Positions 40,649 to 54,041 of a DNA stretch of 64,000 nt are shown here, one piece after another; positions within the stretch are counted from its first letter, which is position 1, and each line of letters begins with the position of its first letter. The notes beneath the pieces were generated by a model. That model worked only from the letters and a program-made list of their open reading frames with translations. It did not search any database and was not told where the DNA came from. Origin of the DNA: Paramecium tetraurelia (Eukaryota); contig CT868219.1 in assembly GCA_000165425.1 (NCBI GenBank), positions 66,728 to 130,727 on the forward strand. The letters run 5' to 3'. A program made the translations under genes and the position numbers.

Positions 40649-41934
40649 TCAAAACATATCCTCCTATTGACTCTACTATACTTATTCACTTTTTTAATTA
40701 TTATCATCTTAGTGATTATCAGTTAATAAATTTTCATCCTCTTATTTTTCTTAATTGCCATTATGCTAAAATTGATTTTCTTCGACTGAATTCTAAACAG
40801 CTTCTTCTGCTTAATGCTAAAGAACTTCTTCTGCTTAATGCTAAATAGCTTCTTCTGCTTAATTCTAAACAGCTTCTTCTACTTAATTCTAAACAGCTTC
40901 TTATTAATTATTAACTATTTCTTAATGGTGATCTTATTACTGTTCATTCTATTCAGAATGGTTTTCTTTGATTTATTTTTCTGCAGGAGGTTATTCTTAA
41001 GATACTTACGCTTTCTATTATTATTATTATTCATCAGTTTAATGGTGATTTCCAGATTAATTTACAGGCTTAGAACCTTTTTTAACTATTTTTTTATCAT
41101 CTTGTTTATTATCCACTTTTTTTTCAGGTTATTTGGAATTAGTACTTTTTTAAACTCCGTTTTATTTTTAATCTTAAGGTTTTTCATTCTTTTTAGATTA
41201 TTCTTTTTGTTTGTCTGATTATGGAGGTTAAGAAGGTTGAGGTTATTTATTTTGTTTAATTTTGTCTGCTTACTTGTCATCTTTCTAGGGATTTGCTTAT
41301 TTTTATGGTTAATCTAAATTGAATATTAAAAATTATACCTTAATTTGAAGTTTTTGTTTCTTGTTAGTCCTTTTATTCTGGCTGCTTAGCTGGTTTTGGT
41401 TTAGGTTAAGGTGGCTACTACTATTGTTATTTTGCAATTTTAGGTTGTTTTTCTTCAGATTATCTTTGGGATTTTGGAGCAGCTAATTTTGAATAATCAA
41501 TATACTGTTTTCCGCTTCATTCTTAGTTGTATTATCTACTAATGCACTTTGGCTTAAATTCTTGTTTCCAGTTTATGGCTTTGGTTCCTTTTATTTGTTT
41601 TAATCATTCTTTTGTTAAACTGCAGTTTAAGGGCGTTCAGGCTTTTTATGATCTAATTTTCCAGATATAATCATTTTTACCATTATTATTACCATTCATT
41701 TCTTACTTCTATTATTACTTAACTTATTCTAATTATAATTTAAATCACAATACTTTTCTCCTCGGCTGGCTTGAAAGTTGAAACCAATGCTTTGAGTTGG
41801 CTGATTTCTCCTGTCAGAAATTTGATCTGATCTTCATTCTACTAATCCTTTTATTTTAATTCCTCGATTCTCTCAAGGAGTGGTTTGACTGCTTCTTGTA
41901 GGTATTGCTCAACTTCTGGAGAAATCTATTACAT
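40649..41934 (-). CDS. Q/E/P-rich hypothetical protein with internal tandem repeats
   Basis: MQQISPEVEQYL...SQQEDMF-TGA; N-terminal coiled coil followed by low complexity. Confidence 0.7.
40789..40902 (-). repeat. 24-bp coding tandem repeat, about 5 units (QAEEAVQN-like)
   Basis: Units such as aattctaaacagcttcttctgctt and aatgctaaagaacttcttctgctt, adjacent without spacers. Confidence 0.9.
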
Positions 41935-42044
41935 ATCCAATTTCAAATTTATATTATATTTATTTTTTTTTTTCAAAAGAATACTTATTTCTAAAATAAA
42001 TGTACGTCATGCAAATAATAAATATCATTTTATATGTTTTATTA

Positions 42045-43741
42045 TCATTAAATATTTTAGTTGGTTCCGCAATCTACTTATTTTTTGCAAACTGGGCAGA
42101 ATTTAGATTTCTATAACCATTGTTTAATGCAAACGTAATGAAATTAATGATTGCAATCTAATTTGATATCAACGGCCTCTTTCTAAGGTTAGATATCTTC
42201 TAAACATATGGCACAACTATCTGCAGTATTTATTTAGACTCTTTTATTTTCTAAAACAATGATCTTGCTTTTTAATCCCAACTAGTTTTCTAAATCCAAT
42301 TAAGTAAAATATTCATAAATTTCTTCTGGAGTCATCTAATTCACAAGGTCATCAGTAATCACCATACCAGGTCTGTACTCAATTCTTCTTCTTTGTTATA
42401 AGTCACTCAATGCCCTGTGCCTTCCATCATTCTGATAGTTTTATTATTAAATTTGGACTTATGTTTGACTATCGATTATAATAAATAATTACTTAATGTA
42501 TTAATGATCTCGCCTATTTACTTATTAATGTTGAACTTTTTATTGAGTGTTTTTTATATGGTTATGGCTTTTTGAATCATAATAACCCTTTTAAGCATTT
42601 GGTTACTTCCTGTCTGGTTAGATGTCTTTCAAAATCATAATTAAATTTACCTTCATTATGTTTTGGTTCTTAAATTTTAACTTCCTTAATTTAAATTCTT
42701 TATTTACTTTTTTATTATGGAGAATTTTATTAAAATTATTATTAATAAAATTACTATTACTATGTAAATAGAAGCCTTTCATTTTAATCTTTTCTTAAAA
42801 TTGAGTTTTAAAGTTGGATATTTGATTATATTTCCACTATTTTTGGTTTTTTTGGTTATTAAACTTCCTGATAAGGTTGATTTTATTGTCCTTGATTTCT
42901 ATTAAATTGTGTTTATTAACCAGCTTCTCTAGATGATTTATTACCCCTTTTTCTTTCTTCTGAACTTTATTTAACGATTTGAATTCCTCCATAGTTTTAT
43001 AAAGTATTCTTTATTTGTGTCATAAAGTGTTTTAGAAATTAGTCCCTCTCCTCATTTACAATCCTTATTTAGTGTAATTCCTAATTGTGTTATTAAATTT
43101 TAATATGCTTTTTATTAGGAGATTTTAAATTAGAATCTCCAAGATTTAATTATTATTAATTCTATTCAACAACCTAAGTATATGTAAATTATTTTTGTTA
43201 TTATTGAGCCTTATATTATTCTGTCTAAATCTATGTTTATTGGACTGTTGTTTTTTGAAATTGTTATTTCTATTATTGATTTTGATCAATGTTGCCTTTC
43301 AAAGGCTAGTATTGTTTATAGTTTAATTGATTGTAATAGATTTTTACATCATCTTTATATTTTCTTTATTCCTAGGTTATTAATTGATTTACTTATGGCT
43401 TAAAATTGACTTCCTTTTATTAAGCATATGGATTAATGGCCTAGAAATCTTGATCTACTTGATTTGGAACATCTTTTCTCTGGATTTGAGTCTATGGTTA
43501 TATTGGATATTATAAATTTTGTTGAGTATTTTTAAGTTACTCAATTGTATTTTAGCCTATATTCTGCTATTGAACTAGCTCCCCTTATTCTTGATATGGA
43601 TTTTATTAATCTTCTTTAAACAATTTCAATACATGTTGTCATTGGTTTTTGTTCTTAAATGGGAATGATCAGCTAGTTATTATTAAAGTATGTTTAGTGA
43701 CAAATCTCTTGTATTATGATATTTCTTTTCTTTTCTTACAT
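42045..43741 (-). CDS. Q-rich protein with C-terminal RING-H2 finger (5' structure uncertain)
   Basis: DSCAICLED..LDCNHQFHYVCIKQWLQKSKFCPVCK. The first ~250 nt need frame changes to join the main ORF. Confidence 0.8.
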
Positions 43742-44412
43742 TTTTATATTTATATTAATTATTCTTATAGATATTATCAAGTTAATTTTATAGACTGAGA
43801 TGTTTATTTTGAAATCATCTTATTATTATATAGAACTTCAATAAAAACTATAAATTAGGATAGAATCAATTTATTATTATAAATGAATGTAGAACTATAA
43901 CTGACTTAAATAGCTCTACGAAAAATTCAATATCAAATAAATTCAAAGGGAATAATTATTTAATTCTAGTTGAATTTAGTGATAAGAATTAAATAATGAA
44001 CATTGTTTGAGATCTAAACTATATGAATAACGAATAAATTATTGTGTATTTCAATAAATTCTTTCGATTTAGTATAATAAAAAACAACAAGACTAATAGA
44101 ATTACAAAATTCTCTAATTGAAACTAAAAAATTTGATTGAAATTTGATAAATCTAACTCATCATCCTTTTTGAATAATTTCGATTTTCTGAATAGGCTTA
44201 TGGTTGATGAATAAATCATTTTATTTTTTGTTATCATTTTTATAATATACTGAATTTATAAATTGATTAATTCATCTCCAATTATATATAATAGATTGAA
44301 TACAACTACATAATTATAAGGAATGGATATGAATTATACTTATATTTAATAACTATTAAATAAAAATAGCTAAAAAAGAGCAATTTCATATTATAATAAA
44401 TATAAATAATAA

Positions 44413-45764
44413 TCACCATCTTATATGAACAATAAGTGAAGCAATCATTAATGCTAATATACAAATAAATCTAGCTATTCTTCCTAGATTTTTCATTTTA
44501 CTAATTATTGAAGTAATTATTACTTTCTCAACATGAAATATATCAATATCCATTACAAAATAATCATTTTTGTACTATTGTTCTGTCTTGCAACCAAACC
44601 ATGATTCAACTCTCTAAAGTAACCTTAACATAAATGATTTATAAAGAATACTTATTCTTTTATCTTTATTGACCTATTTCTAACACCATGTAGTTATAAT
44701 GTTTTTGACTCTTTCAAATTCAACATCATTTTGTAATTCATGAAATCCTTTATCAAACAACTTTAAAGTTTTATCTTTTGATCCAGCCAGTCTATAAAGT
44801 TCTACAGAATTCATATGACTTGCCACCTTATCCTCCTTGCCATGTAAAATTAATAGAGGCTAAGCAAATCTAAAATTTATTTATCAAGAATCTTACTATG
44901 ATACATTAGGTAGGATGTATTATTCTAATTGCAATATATTATAAGCCATTCCAATACTCATAAATGGCTAAACTAGACTATCCTCAGCTACTGTTTTGAT
45001 TACATTGTTGTTCTTGCTACAATGACCAAAATCAATGTAGGAATTGACCATTAATCCCTATAATTTATAAGTATTTTACAGGAATGATCTTATTCATCAA
45101 CGTTAGCAGTGCCTTTTTCAGAACTCCATACTTTTGAGCAAATTGCAGATAAGGATTAACAACAATGACTCCTTATAGGATCAAGGAGGGATTCGAAATG
45201 CAAAAACTCAAACCAACTGCAGCTCCTAATGATTAACACTGTAAAAAGATTGGCTAGGATCTTTCAATTGTCAATAATATGCATTCAAGATCTTGGTGCA
45301 TCTATTTAATATGACCGTGACTTCTAATGCCTCCAGAATTTCCAAATCCTCTCTAGTCATAAAGAATAACTTAGAAGCCTGATTTAGCATATTCATCTGC
45401 CACCTATTTTCATCTTTCTTTTATAATACATGGAAGTATCTTCCTGAATGATCGCCGTATCCATGGATGATTACAATGGTGGCAATCGGATTCTAGGGAG
45501 TGCAATATGTAGTATATAAATTCAAACCATTAGTGTAAGTGGGAACATATTTTCTTGATACCGTATACAAATCTTCGTTCCATTCACCTAAGAATCTATT
45601 TGCATATAACTAATTCAATGAACTGTTTTATTAATAACTCTAGCTTATGCAGATCGATGCTTATTTAGTTATAATGTCTTACAATTGATTTCTTGCATCG
45701 AATTGGGTTTTGAAAGGTTGTAAACAGTTTCTTATTAGGCAAAAGAACTGTTGTTTCTTTTCAT
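44413..45764 (-). CDS. Alpha/beta hydrolase (monoglyceride lipase/PldB-like)
   Basis: IIHGYGDHSGRY, YDQRGFGNS, FLQCQSLGA, LHGKEDKV, GFHEL; C-terminal hydrophobic helix. Confidence 0.88.
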
Positions 45765-45957
45765 TTCTTTATAAATCAAATTTTTATGAATATATTTTTA
45801 TGTTAAAATTATCATCGCCACTACATTGGTTTTCTTAGTCTCCTAATTCATTTAGTTTCTGATTTCATGTGATTTATCATTATTTAAAATGCCTATTTGA
45901 ATTTAATTGAGTTTACTTTGGTTTTGTTTGTCTCTAATATTAATTTTGTCTGTTTTA

Positions 45958-47496
45958 ATGGAATTATTGGATTTTATGATGGAATGTGCTAAAATTGAAA
46001 GAACCATTGAAATAAGTAGGCAATTTTTAACAAAAATCCCTTCCTTTCATCCTTATTAGGCTTTTAAATAAATTGACCTACATGATGATGTATTATAATA
46101 ATTACAATTTAGGGTTATATTACAGCTTAGACAATACAGGTTTTTCTACATAGATTTGGATAATTGCACACTCTTAAGGAATGTGGCATATTATTTTACA
46201 AACCAGAATTTAAATATGTAGACTTCCTCAGATTTCTACTTCCAACAAATCAACTGTTAAGAGATTATATTTCGCATTCAGATTAAAAAACCTAATAATC
46301 AAACGAATGCTTAAAGGAAATAGCCAAACATATTAGCTTAGAAATTGTCCTAATGAATAATTTACTGCCACCCAAATCATTGGATAAATTAGCCAATGGA
46401 ACTAGAGAGGATATTGAATGCTTATTTAAAAAGGAAAGATTGTTTGTTTACTAAGATGAGATTGATGCCATAATAAAGAGATTAGACTTTTATGGAGATG
46501 GCTAAATTGATTTATTATTGTTAAAAAATTGGGTACTTATCCTAAATTAATAAATTAAATCGAAAAATTAGAAGGAATCATCTTCCACATTTGCAACTCC
46601 TAAAAAGAAAGTGTAGATACAAAATGCTATTAAAACAACAGAGAGGAAGGGATCTACAAAGAATACACCAAAGGTTATGAATGTATCTCCTAAAAAGGGG
46701 AATTTAATGGAAAAATAAAAATCAACTAAAAAAGTAGCGAATTATGAAACCTAGAAACAAGAAATTAGAGGGAAAATAGCCTAAAAGAAATAAGAAGGAG
46801 AAACCGAGAAGAAAATGATTAAAGAAGTATAAACAAATAAAAAGAATGTCAACAATTTATCAAAAATAAAACCAAAATCACCATATGAAATTATAGAATA
46901 TTTGTTAGACAAAGAAATCAAAATAGAAAAGGTTAAACAATAACTAGCTTTGTAAAAGGAATTTAATACATTGGATGCATTTCATGCTTTGGATGTTTAT
47001 GGCAAAGGATCCATAGGAGTAGAGGAAATAGATACTCTACTTAATTAGAAATCTGGATAGAGTGTGCATATATTTAGTAGATTCAACAGTAACTAATTAA
47101 GTTATCATGACTTTTTATATCTTCTTTAGCCCTACTCTGTTAATTTTGCAGAAATACTCAATACGAGATAACCAAGCATTGGTGGCAATCAGAAGAAGAT
47201 CAGTTAGCTATTTAGCAATTAAACAATAAAATTATTGATTGAACTACTAACTTTATTGTAATAAATTCCAGTGAAATTAAATGCTGACATTTAGTTATTC
47301 ACAAAAATTGACAGTATCACAAGAGATAATTTTATTGGAGTATCAGATGTATGTAATTTGATATTCAATTTAGTTACAATAATATCTTTATGAAAGTGGG
47401 CTTAGATACACTCATCATGAGGCAATGCTTCTTATAAATGCATATGATAAAGACAAAGATGGAAGACTATCCTTACAAGAATTCTTAGACATGTGA
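45958..47496 (+). CDS. Multi-EF-hand protein
   Basis: DFYGDGQID, FNTLDAFHALDVYGKGSI and DKDKDGRLSLQEF loops. Confidence 0.8.
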
Positions 47497-47682
47497 TTTT
47501 TTATATTCATAATGTAATAATGTAATTTTATACTTACCAAAGTATACACATTTAAAGCCAATTCATATATATAAATCTCTTTAAACAACAATTTACATTT
47601 AGAGTTCTTTATTTTTTGTTGGTGTTATTTGGGATTGTATGAGTTGCTCAATTTAGAATAATTAAAATTTATCTGTTATAAA

Positions 47683-49249
47683 ATGAATCAACTGAAAAAA
47701 CATATCTCTGTCAAATGCATCAATTTTAACACTTAATCTACTAACACTCGAACCAGGAGTATCTCAAATTAAGTTTCCAAGAATTCAACAGACCGTTCGA
47801 GATCAGTAAGCAAATTATGTCCAGCCATTAAGTAGAATAGTAATATATAAATCATTAGGTTGCCAGTACCCACCAAGAATTCAGAGTCAGTCTCTATGTC
47901 CAATTCAAAACCTGTGTCAAAATTGGGAAAAGTGAAAATTGACCTTGGAAACAAAGCGACATCCAGAAGTTAACAAACAACTTAAAAGTCACGATCAAAC
48001 AGCCAAATTAGCAAAGAGGAGAGCTTTCCAAAATTGCTACCTGATTTTGGTAGAATGGAGACTGAACTATTGGATTGCCAAGATTTCATGCTACAATTAC
48101 CTGAGATTCAGTTTCCAACCACTGAAGATATAATGAAGGAAAGAATAATTCTTGCCAACAGGATTGCATACACCACCAAGACAAAGAAACGCATTCCAAT
48201 AACAACACCCGATTTTTATAAGGTATCGCATCTCTAACCTTAGTAAGGTAGCTCTGCTATGTGATAGGCAAAGGAGCATTTGCAAAGGTGTGTTTGGGTA
48301 TCCAAATATTAACAGGAGCAAAGGTGGCCATGAAGATAATTGAAAAATCTACACTCAAAACAGAAAGTGCTAAAAAAAGATTGTTATTAGTAATTACTCA
48401 TGTTTCTATTTTAAGGAAATTACTTTGATGAAAATACTGTCCCAATACTAGTAGTTTGCCTCTCTTTTTGAAGTCTTCGAAACAAAAAAGCAGATTTACA
48501 TTATTATGGAATATGTGGAAGGAGGAGATTTGATGAAGTGGACAAAGGAGAAGCCAATCCCCGAGGGGTAAGCCAAAAATCTATTTGGTCAATTAATATT
48601 GGCCTTGTAGATACTTCAAAGTCATAACATATTACATAGAGATATCAAATTAGATAATATACTGCTTTAGGGAGACTCAATAAAGATCTGTGATTTTGGA
48701 GTGAGCAGACAGATTATAAAGGGATAGAAGATATTGGAATAATGTGGAACTCCTGCTTATTTGGCACCAGAAGTGATCTCCAACAAAACAGGGTATGAGG
48801 GATTCGCAAGTGACATTTGGAGTTCAGGAGTTTTGCTTTATATATTGCTTGTTGGAAAAGTGCCATTTAAAGGAAATAATATGAATGAATTAAATCACAA
48901 TATTTAAAATGGTCTTCTTAATTTTATGGAGATGAAGAAATATAATTTATCCAATGACGCCGTTGGTAATTCTTAATTTAATACTTTATTAGATCTTATA
49001 AAATCAATACTAAATGTGAATCCGAAATTAAGAATAACCTTAACAGAGATCCTGAATCATCCTTGGCTTAAAGAGTTAAACCTAAAATCGAATAAAGTTT
49101 CAGTGTAGAATTCCAATTTAGATTTGAGAGTCATTTCTTAAATTGAGTAATTTGGCTATTCAAGAGAGTTCATAATCAAAAGTTTGTAGAAATAGACACT
49201 ATGTCATATTAATGCCATATACTCTATTTTAACAAAAGTTTAAAAATGA
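47683..49249 (+). CDS. AMPK/SNF1-related (CAMKL) Ser/Thr kinase
   Basis: [44 protein letters not shown]-like tail ([15 protein letters not shown]). Confidence 0.92.
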
Positions 49250-49288
49250 TTTAAATACTTTATATATATTAGTGATTGTTATAACATA

Positions 49289-52200
49289 TCAAGTTGTTGG
49301 ATTTAGATTGGCTAATTCTTCTTTTAACAAATCTCGTACATTTTTAACGAATTCTAAATACATATTATAAAATACAATCATGAATCAATCCTTAATTAAA
49401 GACTCTACTGTTTATCTTTTTCAACTCATTTACAAAGCTCTACGATTTGTCATTAAATTTCATTAGCTCTCTTGAAAACTCAATATCAACTCTGCCCTCC
49501 TCTCCCTATAGTTTAGACTTGATATTGTATTATTAGGGTGCAGCTGCTTATCCAAAATTGTTTTCGTCTTCAACTACATTCTCTTGCTCTTTTGGTTGTT
49601 TCCCACTCAAAACATACAATCTATCCTTGCATGATACAACTACATCCATGGGTGGTTTAAGAAACACATAAGGCTTATTGTTGTTTTTAACCTTCTCTCC
49701 TCTGTAAAGTCCGATGGGGATCATCTTTTGTTCAGTAAGTAAAATCTCAAATAGTTCTCCAAAGGTCTTCTCTTAATACTTTGGAGGGATGTTAATTAGA
49801 AATAAGTTGCTTTGCTGTAATTTATTGGCTTAGTAGAGTTTTTTGTGCTAGAAAGGATATTGATGATCTGATTACCTTTTTGTTTACTGAAGCACTTCCT
49901 AGAATCATCTAATCAAAAATGCTAGTGATAAATGGGTTGTAAAAGGCTTGGCATATTAATGTATCAAGCATGGTGGAAATGTAAATTTCTCCAGAGGCAA
50001 ACGGTTCACTCACAGACCAATCATATTTTTGAACATAATTATTCCTAGAGATCTATAAGAAAGAAATAGTTGAAATGGAAGCCAATTCAGTTATTATGTT
50101 TATGTTCTAGTTTAATAACTTCACTGTCTTATATATAAAGATTGTATCAGCATCAACGATATTCGATAATCCATCTTCCTAATCAGCTGACTTTTGTAGG
50201 ATAACTAAAGCCGAAGCCTTTTGAATGCAGGCCTTTTTCAAATCTTCAGTATTAAGTGGAGATCCCTATTGGAAATACACTTTTGGGAATTTGTTAATTT
50301 AAAGTTGTATTTCAGTTGGTATCAGATCCTAATTCAGTATTACAATCGGTTAAATATTTTTTAAAGATCTGGCTCTGAGTGGCATCATAAGGTATTTCAT
50401 ATCGGTGACCACTCCACACACAATGAAGTGATTTTCGAATTTCTCTTGGTCTCCTACTTTAGGGAGTCCAGTAGTTATAGTTTAAGGCTTGACTTAATAA
50501 TAGGCAGGGTGTTTAGAAGAATCATCTTTGAGACCCTCACTCAGTATTTCCTTCAAGTATTCAGCTTCTTATTGGAGTGCATTCTTGTTGGTTTATTACC
50601 TCTGCTGATTGGGAAAGCAGTAATTCCTTTGAATGTATTCAGGGAATTTGATCTATTGAATCTCATCAATGTTGGGCATTTCACTAGCTATCACATAACC
50701 GTAATGCAAGTAATCCTCGAATAGGTATTCAACTGGGTTTACAAACACACTGGTGCCTGATTCTAGTTCTACCTCAAGAGCGAATAGAATAATGTTCAAC
50801 TCTTTATAAATGGCTGAAGAAATCTATGTTGTTAAAAACCCTAAATTACTTAACTAAATGTCAGGCCAACAAATGCCAGAGACTCTAATGGTACTCTATA
50901 GATTTCATTTTACATTCCACATAAATAGTCATCTATCCATTCACTCTTATCTTTGTCATACTTTGTAATATCATAGGATGGTTTGGATGATTAAATTAGA
51001 AATGAAATTAGTGTATTTATTCCAGGACATAAGCAAGTTTTTCCTAATAGATACAGTTTAAGTTCATCAACACAAATAACTTAATCAGTTTCATGACCCC
51101 CAAGCGAATTAAAATATAGATCTTTGCTAGAAGGTTGCAGTACTTGCAAACACACTCGAGCCCCTTTTCTGGATTTCTGTTTCTTAGCAAATTATTTCAC
51201 AGCAAATGCATGAATGATATTTACGGTAATCATCTCTCTTAGGTGTTCTACTTGTTTTATTCGCTAAAACAATTACACAATTACAGTCTTTTGAACTACA
51301 TCTTTCTAGATCTTTATTTTATAATGGGTGTCCCTCTAAATATATTACTTTTGATTAGAGAGCTGGCTATTTCAATTGGAGAGTCATTTCTTCAGTCGGT
51401 GCTGAGGGTTAGAGTATGACAGTATTGATATCATTCATTCCGTGATCAGTATGATAAAGCTCATTTAAAAATGTTTTAAATCCTTCAACTTAGGATGACC
51501 CAAGCAAAAGGAGGTGTTCTGATTCTTTCTTTGAAATGTACTTGTTCCTTGCGTATTAACTTCGTAAACTGTAGACTCTGGTCAACATTTCAACTTGAGT
51601 TGGCAAGACCAAAAACATTATCAAAATTGCAACAATAATTGAAAATCTTCCATAGATTGTTGTCGGGTAGACATCACCAAATCCAACGGTTGAAATAGTC
51701 ACAACCATAAAATAAATGTATTCAACTATTGAGTAATCTTGTTCAACTACGTAAAGTACTGAAGAGTTTATCATTATTATTGACATGACAGTTACAATCG
51801 GTTTGTATGCCAACCTAAACACTCTAAATTGAACCAATTAAATACCTTCCATTGACAGTCTCTGTAGTACCTTATCCAATTTGTAACACAATAAGAATCG
51901 TAGCACTCTCAACATGTAGATATACTTGTATCCAGTGATTATATTTAATCTAGCAAGCAATGATGGAAATATTGAAACGTATTCCACTAATGATGTCGTT
52001 TAAAATGTAAAGAACAACTTATTTTCTGACAGGTAGAAATTGATTACGAAATCAAGAAGGAAATAGATATAACATATCAATTCTGGAATCTAACAACTTT
52101 TATATCATTGAAATTACTGTAATTATTGCTTATCCCTCGCCAACATCTTAGTTTCCTCCTTAATCCCAAAAAGAACAATCAATTAGATGTAAAACCGTTA

Positions 52201-52402
52201 AAAGGAAGCTCAATAGCACATTAATTCCATCCAAATAATCTCCAATTCCAGAAGTTGATAAGTACTTTGCCATCTTTAGTGTGAATGTAGTTTTACCCTC
52301 CTCATGTTTCTTTGTGGTTGTGTCATCTTCAGAGTTCACCATTCTAATCAGAGCATACTAATCTTAATGGCTGAAAATAGACTATTTGCCTTCGTAAATC
52401 AT
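49289..52402 (-). CDS. Slo/BK-family potassium channel with RCK domains
   Basis: TM helices, pore TISTVGFGD, RCK segments (CVDELKLYLLGKTCLCPG; HFIVCG; GSPLNTEDLKKA). Confidence 0.92.
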
Positions 52403-52450
52403 TATTAAAATAATTCAGATTGGTATTCATTAAATTAAATTTAAATCCAA

Positions 52451-53796
52451 ATGATCATTGAAGAGAATGAGTTCGACAAACAAATAGATGATCTCCTAAA
52501 CAAAGAGAAGACAGCTCGTCTAGCCAATAATTTAGTTGAAACACTTAAAGTGACCAAACAAATTGCTAGATTGTGTTTTGATACAAAATAATACTCAAAA
52601 TTTAATGAATTGATAGTATCACTTAGTAAAAAGAGGGGATAACCAAAAAAAGCATAAATTGAACTTGTTTAAATGGCTATGATTGAATTAAAGACACTTC
52701 CAATTAATTAAAAATTGGAAATGATAGATGCCATTATGAAAGTATGTGAAAAGAAGATTTACTTAGAAGTTGAGTATGCTCGTTGTGTATTGATGCTCAC
52801 TCAATACAAAGAAGATGATAATCAAATTGCTGATGCTGCAAAAATATTATAAGAAGTCTAAGTGGAAACCTATGGCTCTATGGACAAAAGAGAAAAATTG
52901 GAATTCATCCTATATCATATGAAAATTATGATTAAGAAATTGGATTATGTTAGACTATTCATAATCTCCAAGAAAATTGAACCTAAAAATATTGAAGAGG
53001 ACAATATTGCAGATCTCAAAATCATTTATTATTCATTCTTAGTCATTTATTATAGACACGAAAATAACTATCAAGAAACAGCTCATGCCTATTCTAAAAT
53101 ATTGGAATCATTGCATAAAAATAGATAATTAGAAACCACAAAAGTTGATTTCAATTTCAAAATTGATTACAACACTGTTCTAGAAAATTATGCTCTTTAT
53201 ACAATATTGAGCCAATATTCTGAGGAAAAAGTATAGCATTAAACAATATTAATTAGTAAAAATAATTGTAGTCCATTGCAACAACATATAAATATGGTCT
53301 TGAAGCATTGCCTAACCTATAACAATTAATTTAAGCATTTTTGGGAACTGAATTGATTAGCACTGAACCATAAACTCATAATATCCAAGCAGCTGAGATT
53401 TTTGATGAGTCTATTGAGAATAACCAATAAAGATACAAAGGTAATTATTAAGTATAATTTATTTAGACTTTAGAAGATAACTAATTCACCATAATTTAAG
53501 AATTTTCTAAATCTATTATGATTCTGTCTATCTTAATAGAATAACAGAGTTAATTGCCATTAGTACTGAGGAATTAGAGGAAGAAATATGCATAATGATG
53601 GATTAAAAAGTATTGTTTTAATTCATATTAGTTACTTAAATGCAAGATTGATAGAATATAAGGAATAGTTGATTATTAGTTAAAGAAGAACGAAAATGAT
53701 GTGTTATAGGAGTGGGGGGACAATGTAAATAAAGTCTTAAATCTTATTGATTTAACAAGCAATTTGATTAAAAGAGAAGAAGAATTGTTTTTATGA
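52451..53796 (+). CDS. RPN5: 26S proteasome lid subunit RPN5/PSMD12
   Basis: EKTARLA, LSKKRGQ, KIYLEVEYAR, LQEVQVETYGSMDKREK, HNLRI, C-terminal PCI region. Confidence 0.95.
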
Positions 53797-54041
53797 GTAA
53801 AATCATTCAGTTTATCAATTTCTATTGTATTATTAAATTAATTTATAACGTATTCTCTTAAAATAAAGACATTTTTGAATATTTGTATTTGTCTATTACT
53901 GATATCCATTATAAACATATTAATTTAATTATCTAAGGTTATGAGATCTCAGTCTTGAACAAACAATCAAAAAAATATAATGATTTTGAGTATATTTTAA
54001 TGTTATAATAACTTAAATTGATTATAATACTATTTAATTTT

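Noticed and set aside
40789..41218. Repeat array and Phe/Leu-rich ORFs as CRISPR or membrane protein
   Set aside because: Contiguous 24-bp units with no spacers, in frame in a minus-strand Q/E-rich CDS; the plus-strand ORFs are antisense artefacts.
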